Part shown: positions 12,693 to 24,052 of the stretch, one piece after another
How the letters are laid out: each line of letters opens with the position of its first letter
Position numbering within the stretch: the first letter of the stretch is position 1
NCBI GenBank assembly: GCA_044892525.1
Contig: CM097885.1
Span: 235,912,001-235,976,000, forward strand
Source of the DNA: Schmidtea polychroa
Lineage: Eukaryota
Reading direction: 5' to 3'
Length of the DNA stretch: 64,000 nt
Program-made: the position numbers and the translations under genes
Notes under the pieces: model-generated
Seen by the model: the letters and a program-made list of their open reading frames with translations, nothing else
Told to the model about the DNA's origin: nothing
The model's database searches: none

Positions 12693-15362
12693 TAGGCTGA
12701 CCATTCGTCCCTTTTTTCAAGGGACAGTCCCTTTTTTCAGTATGTCACTCCTTAAATTTAAATTTTTTTAAAGGGACGCAATTTGTCCCTTGTTCTCGCC
12801 ATACTTCCCATAAAGTCCCTTATTTTATTCATATCTCTGAAATACCATATATTTATTGCAACGCGTGAAAATCATTCACAACGGCAAATCTTTTCATTTT
12901 TATATCTAACTACATTGCAAATTTTATTATTTTGCAGCTACATACAATGCAGCTAGTAAGGGCAGCGACAATGCAATTTTTCTTATTGTGAACAGCACTT
13001 TTAAATATCAATCGATTTCTTATTGTGAATAGAAGAATGTCAAAAAAATGTCAAAAAAATTTTAAAACATATGTTTAAAATAAGTAAATAATTCGTTTTT
13101 CTGTTTATTTGAATATTTGTAGTTTAACTGAATATTTGAATATTTAAAGTTATCTTTGTATAAAAATTCTACTAATAATTAGTGAATAATTTTTTTTAAA
13201 GATTTTATAAGGACATATATTAGTTTTAATGTTTATTTGAATATTTTAACGTAAGTAACTTTAGATAATCTTAAAATGTTCTATTAATAGTTAGTGAATA
13301 ATTTTTTTAAAGGATGCCACCAAAGTGGAAATGTATATTTAATGAATTACTAGAAAAAGAATATCCATTTATTAAAAAAACCTCAACAGATAGTGACGTA
13401 AGATGTTCCAAATGTTATGCTGAATTTTCAATTGCGAGCAGTGGCCGCTGGGACATATCGCAGCATTTAAAAAGTGTGAAACACAAAAAAGCTGATATTG
13501 CTGCAAGTAGTAGTAAAAACTTAAATTCATTTTTAAGAAATCAAAACTTTAACGATAGCGAAAAGAATTTGGCTCTTATTGAAGGTGCCTGGGCATATCA
13601 CACAGTGCAACATAATCATTCATTTCGTTCCACTGATTGCACGACAAAATTAATTAAGAAATGTTTCAATGAGAAATTCGCTTGTGCCAGAACAAAATCA
13701 GAGGCAATAATTTGCAATATTTTTACACCATTATCTTTAAATTCAATTGCAAATGATGTGTCTTCTGTGAATTTTTTAACTATTTATTCAGACTGTTCGA
13801 ATCACGGAAGCGTCAAACTCTGGCCAATTCTGGGCAGATACTTTTTACCAAAACAAGGAATTGTTGTAAAAATTTTTGAAATTAAACAATTACCAGGAGA
13901 AACATCTGACATTATAACAAGTTATATTAAATAAGTTTTAATAAAATATGAAATAGCCAATAAATTGCTGGCTTTATGTGCTGATAATACCAATTGCAAT
14001 TTTGGTGGCGCTGCGAGAAAAGGAAAAAATAATGTTTTCTATAAAATGAAAGAATCTATTGGAAGAGACTTAATTGGTGTAAATTGTGCTGGTCACATCG
14101 TGAACAATTGTATACAAAGTGCAGTAGAAAATCTTCCTCTAGATGTGGAAGTTTTAATAGTTAAGATTTATTCATTTTTTTATATTTATTCAGTACGGAT
14201 AGAAAAATTAAAGGAATTATGTGATTCCATAGATGTTGAGTACAAAAAGTTATTAGGTTTTAGTAAGACTAGATGGCTTTCTCTTAGACCGGCTATTGAA
14301 AGAGTACTGAAACTATTTCCTGCATTAAAATGTTTCTTTTTGAACCAAGAAAAATGTCCTACCATTTTGAGAAATTTGTTTCAAGATCCATGTGCTGAAG
14401 TATGGTTAATTTTTGTACATTCTCAAAGTTCAACTTTTCATAACTATATTATTCAAATCGAATCAGAAAATATATCAATGATTGAAGTTGCAATTATTTT
14501 AAAAGAACTAAAATTTAAATTAATACAAAGAAGAAATGAAACTTTTTTGCCCTTAAAAGTTCAAAATTTGATTACAGATTTAGAAAAAAATCAAGAAATT
14601 GATATTTCAAGATTCAAAAATACAGTGTTTGCTTTTTATGATACTTGTGTAAAATATTTAAGCCAATGGACAAAAGAATTCGAAAATATACTTGTTGTTG
14701 AATGGATTTTGTTACGAACTGTAATATCTTGGTCAAAAGTTGAAGACGGTTTAGTTTACATCTGTGCAAAAATACCGAATATTGACGATACCGAGTTGTT
14801 TGATGAAGTGTCGTGCATCACAAATTTTGCAACTGAGGAAAAGATAAATGATTGGAATGCAAATAATATATGTGGTGATAAAAGATGGGTGGAAATTTTT
14901 CAACATTTTGATGAACAAAAAATTTTTTATAAAAATGTCTTGAAAATTGTCGAGTTTTGTTTCTGTTTACCAGGCTCAAATGCACCTACAGAACGAGTGT
15001 TCTCCATCATGAATAATTTCTGGACAGCAGAAAAATCACAAATGAAAGTTGATTCAATTAGATCACTATTAATATGTAAGTGCAATTTTGATCTCAATTG
15101 CATAGATTTTTATAATTTTTTAAAGGAAGAAAAGGATCTTCTTAAAAAAATTCATTCTACTCAAAAATATTAAAAGTATAATTATATTTTATTTGTATTC
15201 TCTTAATTACATTGTTTTTTCTAGATACTAATTATGAAGATGCAATATTATTTTGTTTCTTATTTTACCTGAATAAAAAGAAGACTGTTTATGTTTAAAA
15301 TTGGAAAATGTTTTACTTAAATGTTTGTCCCTTATTTTTTCTGTTCAAAAATGGTCACCGTA
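12693..15362 (+). mobile_element. hAT-superfamily DNA transposon (TAGGGTGACC-type ends)
   Basis: 8-bp TSD CCTATAAT at 12685-12692 and 15363-15370. Imperfect TIRs TAGGCTGACCAT / ATGGTCACCGTA. Subterminal GTCCC repeats and an internal transposase. Confidence 0.93.
13314..15173 (+). pseudogene. hAT transposase with one in-frame stop (TAA 13932-13934)
   Basis: N-terminal C2H2/BED-like CSKC...HLKSVKH; catalytic-like YSD, ADNTN, CAGH, TRWLS and SNAPTERVFS (dimerisation domain). The two ORFs are in the same frame. Confidence 0.9.
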
Positions 15363-15863
15363 CCTATAATCCAAAAAATTTTTTTTATAATTTTGCATGT
15401 ATTATTATTCTCATTATTACCCTTAGTGTTATTATTAGTACTACGATTATTATTATCATCATTATTATTATTATTACTATTATTATTATTACTGCTATCA
15501 ATGTTATTATTATTATTATTATTATTATTATAAATAGAATAAGAAAGCATAAGAATGAATGAATAAAAAGAAAAAAAATAACTAAACAAAATAGGAACTT
15601 TTATTGTGCAAATTGTTCGTTAATAATGAATGGAAATTCATCTTTTCCTGAAAAGTTTACTAAGTAATTTATACCCGTGTGCTCCGACTAGTGTTTCTAT
15701 TTCAGGTTTACAATCGATTTCAGTTGTAAACTTTCCGTTCGAATATTTAAAAATAAGCCTCTTTACAATCTACTAAAATAGCCACAGCGAGTGACCAGAA
15801 CCTAAAAAAGGGAACAATTCCTGCTAACTTGTACCTGAAAAATTAGTGAAAATAAATGTAACA

Positions 15864-17266
15864 AGTAGGTAGATAGTGGCTTACCGCAACAATTACCCCC
15901 CCGGGGGGGGGGGGGGGGTTGTTGCAACTTTTTTTTTGTTGCAACTTTTTTTTTGTTGCAACTTTTTATTACGCAATTGTTGCAACTCACATTTTTTGCT
16001 TTCAGGGATTTTTGGTCCAAATTTTTTTTTTATCAGACTATAGTGAGAGGGTCTCGATGGTCCTGGGATTTTCTATACAAAAAAATTTTTTCAATACAAA
16101 ATCCGACTACCACTAAAAAAGCATGGAATTTTCAGACTATAGTGAAGGGGTCTCGATGGTCCTGGGATTTTCAATACAAAAAAATTTTTCAATACAAAAA
16201 TCCGACTACCACTATAAAGCATGGAATTTTCTAGGTCAATTCAGGTGGGACTCCTTGGTCCTGAGAATTTCAATAGAAAAAGGTGGTCTTCAATAAAAAA
16301 GAGTGGTAATTTAAGGTCTCAGGATATTTTCAATACAAAAAGCTGGTCTTCAATAAAAAAGCATGGTAATTTAAGGTCTCAGGATATTTTCAATACAAAA
16401 ATCTGATTATCACTAAAAAAGCATGGAATTTTCAAAGTAAATTAATGCGGGTCTCCTTGGTCCTGAGAATTTCAATAGAAAAAGGTGGTCTACACTAAAA
16501 AAGCGTGGTAAATTTTTAAAATAAAGTAAATAATGGGTCTAAAAATTAAATTACAGTAAATTATGGTTCAAATTTTTGAATTACAGTAAATAATGGTCCA
16601 AATTTTTGAATTACAGTAAATAATGGTTCTAAAAAATTAAATTACAGTAAATTATGGTTCTTAAAAATTAAATTACGAAAAATAATGGTCCAAATTTTTC
16701 AATTACAGTTAATTATGGTTCTAAAAAAATTAAATTAAAGTAAATTAAGGTTCAAATTTTTCAATTAAAGTAAATAATGGTCCAAATTTTTGAATTACAG
16801 TAAATAATGGTCAAGATTTTTCAATTAAAGTAAATTATGGTCAAGATTTTTCAATTAAAGTAAATTATGGTTCAAAATTTTAAATTAAAGTAAATTAAGG
16901 TTCTAAAAAATTAAATTAAAGTAAATTAAGGTTCTAAAAATTAAATTAAAGTAAATTAAGGTTCTTAAAAATTAAATTACAGTAAATAATGGTACAAATT
17001 TTAAAATTAAGTAATCAATGGTAAAAAATTTAAAATAAGTAAATTAAAGTAATAATTTTTAAATTAAGTAATCAATGGTAAAAATTTTAAATTAAAGTTA
17101 AATAAGTAAATTAAAGTAAGATTTTTAAATTTATTATCAAAAAGTTGAAATAATAGAAGGTGTTTGAGAATTGAAATTTTTTAATGAAAATTTTTTATGA
17201 ATAATTTTTAATGGAAATTTTTATGAAATATTTTTTTTAAGTAATTTTTAATGGAAATTTTTATGA

Positions 17267-17321
<55 letters not shown>

Positions 17322-17422
17322 GTAATAATATTAGTAATAATATATCAACCAAATACATAAAAATGAACTATACACATAAAACACAAACAAATAACAAATG
17401 TAAAGATATAAAATTTATTCAA
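15864..17422 (+). repeat. Left TIR of Polinton 1 (~1.56 kb), with ~60-bp and ~30-bp internal tandem arrays
   Basis: Reverse complement of 30981-32682; repeat copy numbers differ between the arms. Confidence 0.9.
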
Positions 17423-17427
17423 TAAAA

Positions 17428-20400
17428 TTAGTCCTCATCAGACAAAATAACGTCATCGATATCGATGTCATCTTCTCCAAAATCTTCATTTAATTCTTCC
17501 TCATCTTCTCCAAAATCTTCATTTAATTCTTCCTCATCTTCTCCATCATTTTCTCCAACATTTTCTGAAACATTTTCTGCCACAATTCCTCCAACATTTT
17601 CTCCAATATTTAATTCACTTAATCTTACATGCCCATATGCAAGACTAGTATTTTTCCCCACCCAAACCCTTTTGTCGTCTTTGTTTGTTAGTGCTATTTT
17701 TGTGTTTTTAATTGTAAAAATTTGATGATTTTTGCTTGTTATTTTAGTCTGAGGAACCGAAAAAATCTGGTTAGTGTTATAACAATCCAGGTATGACTGA
17801 TGTTTTATGTCACTACCTTTCAATGTTACACCTTTAGCCTTTTTTGTTTCCTCATCACCCAACAAGCTATAACATTTTGGTCTAAGAAAAACCCATTCCT
17901 TATATTTAAGACCTTTATTCTCGTCTTTGAACTTTCCAATGACAGAATCAAGGTTCTTACTATATAAGGAATGACAACTATTGTAATTGGATGTATCTAA
18001 TAAATTATCTCGAATCATTGCAGGTAAAAGAACCTCAAGTTTACAGTTAATGACTTCGAGGAAAAAAGAGTCTGTATCACCTGCAACGATATTAATTTTA
18101 CAATTAAACTCATTGCGAAATGATTCCAGATCCTTATATTGCAATTCATACATTCTAAGTTTAGATAGATCAAGTACAGATTGACCAATGTAACTTGGTC
18201 TATCTAAACATATAGAATCTGAATTCAATAATGCTGCGATTAAATTATCATCTATTTTAATTGATTTTTTAAAAGTAGGCTTTGACGAATATTTAACAAG
18301 TTTACCGGCAGTTGTACAAAGACGAAGATTCATTCTTCTCTTTGAATTTTCAACTGTTTTGCCGTATAAACTGTTATTTAGTAATTTATAATAATTTTTA
18401 TCTAAGTTATTTATGCTTTTTGACCGTAATTCAGTATTTGTATCTATATATTTTTTAAAAATTGGAGATTGCTTAAATCTTACACCCCTATTTACACGTG
18501 TTACTTTAACACCAAGTTCCAAATATAATTTTAATAATCTCCAATGAATAACATAATTAGATTTTGGAAGATGAGTTAATAATAATTTTTCAACCTTAGA
18601 CCCAGCAGGTTTCATTTTTTCAGCAGCTACAGGGAAATCATCCAACTTATCATGAAGCTCAGAAGGAATTACAAGATCAACTTCAAGTGTGTATCCATAA
18701 GACAAAGATTCAAGATTTAAATTCCTACATTCATCCATTATTTTATCAAATCCATCAAGAACCCAACAAAATTCGCCACAAGGTAATGATTGACTTAAAG
18801 CCCAACCATAAAGATTATTAATATCTATGTAAAGTAACTCGGTGTTCTCGTCGGTTTTTACGTAATGCTTATTCACAAAAGTAAGACCGCCTCTTATTCC
18901 ACCCTCATAAAAGCTAAACATTTCGTTTTCAGTTATGAGTTCAATTGGTTCATTTAAAGACATTAATGCAGAAGACCAAGACATACCTGGAATTCTGAAA
19001 TAATTCAAAGGCTCTAATCTATTGTGAGCAATTGATTTCAACCTAAACTGATGAAAGAAATCAGCCAAAAGAAAACAATCAAGTTTTAGGTAGATCATCA
19101 TATAATCTAATAAAGTTCTGCAATTAGATTCTACCCAAATCTCCTGAGCTTTTTCATACTCAAGCTCAGTGACACCCTCCCAGATTGGTGGTAATTCATA
19201 CGTAGTTTGTAGAACATCTAAAGAAGTGGCGAAATTATAAGGGAAGATTCCTTTTTCACATACTATGGTGCCAGAAAAAGCAGAATTAGTAAAAGGCAAA
19301 GAATTCAAAGTTTTGACTGCTTTAGCCAAAGAATCATTGACAAATTGATATGAATCAATGAATCTTAGGCTAATTTTGCCTAAATGAGCAATCAAAGATA
19401 TAAATTTTTCCGTAGTTATTGGGATGCACCCTAAATTCCAATTTTTAAATTTATGTAATTCATATTTAAGTATATGATGCATATCGTATCCCTTCAAGTT
19501 GTGAAATACGATAGGCAAAATTTTATTTATTTTTCTATTTACGTTACATGTGCTACAAGCTGCACCCAAGTATTTGCCCGTAAAATGATCGTGATCTCTA
19601 ACAGGATCCACGATAGATTTCAAACAAAGATAACAAACCGTTGAATTAATGAATTGTTGTTGCTCATTTTTAGTTAATTTAATCATTGGTTTCCTACCCA
19701 TTTTATAATAAAAAGGAAGAACCTTATTTAATGCTATATCCTCTATAGCACTTAAAAAACTCTCGACGCAATCTAAACCTATGAACTGCTGATAAGATTT
19801 AGATCCGTCAAAGTTATTTACTAGTAAAAGACCAGCAGATATTGGCATGTGTCGCTGAAAATGATCATTATCACAAGGTAAAATAGCCTCAAAATCGGCA
19901 TAAACTACGAAAGGAGGAGTTACTGTTTTCGACCAGTCAGTAAACTGTAAGAATTTATTTTGAGGGAAAGTATAAAGAGTAGTTCCTAATTGATTGCGTT
20001 TGCATAATATTTCATGTTTTTCTAGTGCGTTTCTATTGGTAAAACCATTCAAACAACGATGACACCATATTGATCGTATGCGTGTAGGACAACTAGTGTT
20101 TATGTTGCAATTCAGTAACCTATTTAAATTGCTTATAGCAATGTAATGGAAATTGTTCCCTTTATTTAATAAAAGTAAATTAATTACTGTTCCATTTAAA
20201 ACTTTTGAACGTTGTATAATGTCTAAATGGGGGTGTTTTAAAACGTAATTATCTATTAATTGTTTGTTATTGTCATAAGAAAAAACGTTAATTATTAAAC
20301 CAGGATTTTTGGCCTCGAATTTTCTAATATCTTTTAATTTCATTGGTAAGTCTAATGGATTATATATTAACTCAGATAAATTATAACTGGATGTTCTATT

Positions 20401-21492
20401 TCTATATTGGCTAATAACCTCATCATATTTTAAAATAGCTAAAATGCTATATAAAAAACATGAATCGTCGGTGTTTTTTACATTAATTAAGCAGTTTTTA
20501 TTTTTTAGACAAGTAGGTAGTTCAATGAAACTCCTACCACTTAATCTACTTAACCTACTTATTTTTGTTATGGTGAAGTGGATTTCAGTTATTTTTTTTA
20601 TAATCCAACTACTTCCTAACTCTGTAATATTACTTATTTTCTCGTTTAGTTCCCTAATGCCTTCGTCAAAAAATGTTGAAGTTAAAGGTTTTGCGTAATT
20701 CGAAATATTATTAACCTTTATTTCCCCGTCTTTTTCAAATTCGATTGTTATTCCGAATTGAATTTTGACGGAGCCTAATTCGTTAATAATATCTCGTAAT
20801 TTTATAATTAATTGTTCTGGAAATATTATTTCCTTTATATTCAAGTTACTTGTATTTAGACTTAAAATTTGATGTGTACCCCTTAAATCTTTTTGTACTA
20901 TGGGTACATTACCTCCTATTTGTACATTAGTAGTCGAAGAGTCGAGTGAAAGATTATCAAATTCATTATTGGGTTCATCTACATCCCAAGAGTCGAGTGA
21001 AAGATTATCAAATTCATTATTGGGTTCATCTACATCCCAAGAGTCGAGTGAAAGATTATCAAATTCATTATAGGATTCATCAACTAATCCGACCTGGGAT
21101 TCAACAAAAGGCAATCCATCATTGGATTCAGCAAAAGACAATCCATCATTGGATTCAGCAAAAGACAATCCATCATTGGATTCATCAACTAATCCGACCT
21201 GGGATTCAACAAATGTATTTAATTTAATTTTTTTATTAGTAGTATTTATTTCAATAGTTGAAGGACGTTTAAAAATAACATCTTTTTTAGAATTGAACCT
21301 ATCTAAATGTTGTTTATGCTTATTATAAAAAACGCTATATGTTAAGGGCTCGCTAATCTTACATATGGGGCATATAAAAAAAGTTTTATTATAGTATTTT
21401 TTTGAATAATAATTCTCCATTATAGAATGGCAATTATTATGTTCTTTCGACGAACAATAATTTGGGTAAAGTATACCTAAAAATATATACAT
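17428..21492 (-). CDS. Protein-primed family B DNA polymerase (pPolB) polyprotein with an endonuclease VII-like insertion
   Basis: YADFE (exoI), FHNLKGYD (exoII), IRGG, YIDINNLY, KLLNNSLYGK, GDTDS, RPKCY, KAKG; CYLC...RDHDH...CSTCN endoVII-like motif. True start uncertain. Confidence 0.97.
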   Translation of the reverse strand: MYIFLGILYPNYCSSKEHNNCHSIMENYYSKKYYNKTFFICPICKISEPLTYSVFYNKHKQHLDRFNSKKDVIFKRPSTIEINTTNKKIKLNTFVESQVGLVDESNDGLSFAESNDGLSFAESNDGLPFVESQVGLVDESYNEFDNLSLDSWDVDEPNNEFDNLSLDSWDVDEPNNEFDNLSLDSSTTNVQIGGNVPIVQKDLRGTHQILSLNTSNLNIKEIIFPEQLIIKLRDIINELGSVKIQFGITIEFEKDGEIKVNNISNYAKPLTSTFFDEGIRELNEKISNITELGSSWIIKKITEIHFTITKISRLSRLSGRSFIELPTCLKNKNCLINVKNTDDSCFLYSILAILKYDEVISQYRNRTSSYNLSELIYNPLDLPMKLKDIRKFEAKNPGLIINVFSYDNNKQLIDNYVLKHPHLDIIQRSKVLNGTVINLLLLNKGNNFHYIAISNLNRLLNCNINTSCPTRIRSIWCHRCLNGFTNRNALEKHEILCKRNQLGTTLYTFPQNKFLQFTDWSKTVTPPFVVYADFEAILPCDNDHFQRHMPISAGLLLVNNFDGSKSYQQFIGLDCVESFLSAIEDIALNKVLPFYYKMGRKPMIKLTKNEQQQFINSTVCYLCLKSIVDPVRDHDHFTGKYLGAACSTCNVNRKINKILPIVFHNLKGYDMHHILKYELHKFKNWNLGCIPITTEKFISLIAHLGKISLRFIDSYQFVNDSLAKAVKTLNSLPFTNSAFSGTIVCEKGIFPYNFATSLDVLQTTYELPPIWEGVTELEYEKAQEIWVESNCRTLLDYMMIYLKLDCFLLADFFHQFRLKSIAHNRLEPLNYFRIPGMSWSSALMSLNEPIELITENEMFSFYEGGIRGGLTFVNKHYVKTDENTELLYIDINNLYGWALSQSLPCGEFCWVLDGFDKIMDECRNLNLESLSYGYTLEVDLVIPSELHDKLDDFPVAAEKMKPAGSKVEKLLLTHLPKSNYVIHWRLLKLYLELGVKVTRVNRGVRFKQSPIFKKYIDTNTELRSKSINNLDKNYYKLLNNSLYGKTVENSKRRMNLRLCTTAGKLVKYSSKPTFKKSIKIDDNLIAALLNSDSICLDRPSYIGQSVLDLSKLRMYELQYKDLESFRNEFNCKINIVAGDTDSFFLEVINCKLEVLLPAMIRDNLLDTSNYNSCHSLYSKNLDSVIGKFKDENKGLKYKEWVFLRPKCYSLLGDEETKKAKGVTLKGSDIKHQSYLDCYNTNQIFSVPQTKITSKNHQIFTIKNTKIALTNKDDKRVWVGKNTSLAYGHVRLSELNIGENVGGIVAENVSENVGENDGEDEEELNEDFGEDEEELNEDFGEDDIDIDDVILSDED

Positions 21493-21623
21493 TTAAAAAT
21501 TTGGCTAAAACATTTGATAAAAATAATACTATTAAAATTTTCTTATAATTTTGCATGTATGCATCCAATCAAAATTAATTATTTGCTATAAATGATAATT
21601 TAATGAAATAAATTTAACAAAAA

Positions 21624-22059
21624 ATGTCTACTATAAATAGAATCCTATTAGAAGAAAATAGTACATCAGTTATAGGTATGGTATGTAAACCTCCTATTCA
21701 ATTCCTTCAATATAATATGTACTATTTGAAATATCCTATTACTTATTCGTTCAAGGTAATTTTTTTTTATTTAATTATTTAATATTAATTTGTTATAGGA
21801 ACCAGTTAATTTAAAAACATGTCAATTCAATATTCAAATTGGAGATATTGGGGAAGAAGATAGAAAAAATCTTGGAGAAATTCTTAAATTAATTAATAAA
21901 GAAATGATTTTTAATGAAAAATTTACATTTATCAATTGTGAAAAAGGGTGTAAATTAGACGAAGATAAAAAATCAAAAGTGCGAATACTTATTCAAGGAG
22001 TCAAGATAAATGGAGTTATAATTAAACCAATTTGGAAAATTACAAATGTTTTTGAATAA
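21624..22059 (+). CDS. Spliced 130-aa Polinton gene (exons 21624-21755, 21799-22059), possibly an OB-fold ssDNA-binding protein
   Basis: AAAATG start, 43-nt GT..TAG intron in phase 0, open frame to a TAA overlapping AATAAA. The C-terminal VRILIQGVKINGVIIKPIWKITNVF is beta-strand rich. Missed by the ORF track. Confidence 0.7.
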
Positions 22060-22140
22060 ATATTTAAGTGTTATTTTAAATGTTGTTGAAAAAATTTTAA
22101 AGTTAATAAGTATTTAATAAGGGTCAGATTATTATTAAAG

Positions 22141-22920
22141 AGTACTGCATGCTCACTGCAGACTATTATGTAGCTACGTGCTCACTGTAGACTACATTAT
22201 TATATTAAAGACTACTGCATGCTCACTGCAGACTATTATGTAGCTACGTGCTCACTGTAGACTACATTATTATATTAAAGACTACTGCATGCTCACTGCA
22301 GACTATTATGTAGCTACGTGCTCACTGTAGACTACATTATTATTATCATTATAAAAAAAAATTTTACGAGGGATTTCCCCTTATTTCAAAATAAATATCA
22401 TTAATAATTATCATTAATAATAATTTCATTATAAAATATTATTTAAAAATGTTAATAATTCATCATTATATAAAAAAATTTACGAGGGATTTCCCCTTAT
22501 TTCAAAATAAATATCATTAATAATTATCATTAATAATAATTTCATTATAAAATATTATTTAAAAATGTTAATAATTCATCATTATATAAAATATTTTACG
22601 AGGGATTTCCCCTTATTTCAAAATAAATATCATTAAAAAATATCATTAATAATAATTTCATTATAAAATATTATTTAAAAATGTTAATAATTTCATCATT
22701 ATATAAAAAAAAAATTTTTTACGAGGGATTTACCCTTATTTTACTCTTAAGATAAAATTTTATTAAAAATATTAATAATCATTTTTAAAAATATTAATAA
22801 TTTCATTATAAAATATTATTAAAAAATTTTTTACGAGGGATTTACCCTTATTTTTACTCTTAAGATAAAATTTTATTAAAAATATTAATAATTTCATTAT
22901 AAAATATTATTTAAAAATTG
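22141..22920. repeat. Central non-coding repeat region: 3x70-bp units, then 5x~115-bp units with an ACGAGGGATTT(C/A)CC core
   Basis: 70-bp units start at 22141, 22211 and 22281; cores at 22370, 22486, 22602, 22725 and 22837. Confidence 0.9.
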
Positions 22921-23211
22921 ATAAAAATACTTACATTTGTCATTTTTCATTGTCGCATTTTTAACATTTTTCATTGTCGCATTATTAACATTTTTCATTG
23001 TCGCATTATTAACATTTTTCATTGTTTCATTATTAACATTTTTCATTGTTTCATTATTAGCTTTTTTCATTGTCGCATTTTTAACATTTTTCATTGTTAC
23101 ATTTTTAACATTTTTCATTGTTTCATTTTTAACATTTTTCATTGTTGCATTATTAGCATTTTTCATTGTTGCATTTTTAACATTTTTCATTGTTGCATTA
23201 TTATTATTCAT
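22897..23211 (-). repeat. 24-bp tandem array, open on the minus strand as (ATMKNVKN)n
   Basis: TTTTCATTGT(C/T)GCATT(A/T)TTAACAT units; coding status unproven. Confidence 0.7.
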
Positions 23212-23349
23212 TTTTGATTTTTATCTAAAAATAATTAAATTTTAATAATTAAAAAATAAAATTCTTACAATCCTTGGTACTAGCAAATTATGACCAAATT
23301 TTAAAAACAAATCATTTATATACTTCTTCTTCTACGTAATACATTACGT

Positions 23350-23505
23350 AATAATTAAAGGATTAAATTTGATACCATGCGTAATAATTAAAGGATTAAA
23401 TAACTTACATAATAATTAAAGGATTAAATAACTTACATAATAATTAAAGGATTAAATAACTTACATAATAATTAAAGGATTTAATACCTTACATAATAAT
23501 TAACT
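23350..23505. repeat. ~27-bp tandem repeat TAATAATTAAAGGATTAAATAACTTAC
   Basis: Direct reading, about 5 copies. Confidence 0.8.
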
Positions 23506-23639
23506 TAATTAAAGATTTAGTTTAATAATCAACTAAAATTTAAATTTTAATAATCAATTATATTGAATTAATAATCAACTAAAAATTTATTGAAATAATC
23601 AGCTAAAATTTATTGAAAACAACTTTTTATTATAAAAAT

Positions 23640-24018
23640 TTATTTCATTGACTTTAACCAAGCCAAACAATGTTGTCCACATGTTTTTGTTATAGGGTTT
23701 TGGTAACGTATTCGATTGTATTCAATTGGCATTGACATTGATTGTAGTTTATTGATTAATATAGGTGGATAATAGAATCCCATTGGATCAAATGCATATA
23801 TTTTGTCTGGTTTCACGTATACTGCAAGCCAATGTTCACCATTCAGATTAGCAGATTGAGTATTTACAATTATTGCTTTGTTGACATCTAAATAAGGTAT
23901 TTTGTCTAATGGGAAAACACCTAGAAATTCTTTTCCTAGTAATTTTCTTCCGATAACATGTATCTGAATAGAACTAAATTAATAATAATTAAATAATTTA
24001 AATTAATTCTTACTTCAT
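23640..24018 (-). CDS. Adenain-like cysteine maturation protease, spliced (exons 24018-24014, 23973-23640; 112 aa)
   Basis: MNSIQI...FLGVFP...IVNT...GEHWLAV...FDPMG...YQ...TCGQHC (His-Asp-Gln-Cys); 40-nt GTAAG..TTTAG intron. Missed by the ORF track. Confidence 0.9.
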
Positions 24019-24052
24019 ATTTGATTAATTGATTTTCGATATTTGGTTTATA

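Noticed and set aside
13932..13964. Intron or readthrough rescuing the hAT transposase
   Set aside because: No suitable GT-AG pair removes the stop; a simple nonsense mutation is more parsimonious.
15802..16406. ORFs within the TIRs (also 32348-32834 and 60124-60306)
   Set aside because: They arise from tandem repeats in the TIRs, some cross the element boundary, and none has protein motifs.
16020..17100. CRISPR-like appearance of regular repeats (also 22141-22920)
   Set aside because: No unique spacers, no cas genes, eukaryotic context; these are tandem arrays.
17465..21328. Antisense ORFs over pPolB and other viral genes (e.g. 25286-25913, 51957-52316, 58973-59215, 61557-63186)
   Set aside because: Shadow frames of real genes.
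21493..21560. Upstream exon for pPolB
   Set aside because: An acceptor-like TTTTAG exists near 21477, but no convincing in-phase donor and ATG were found.
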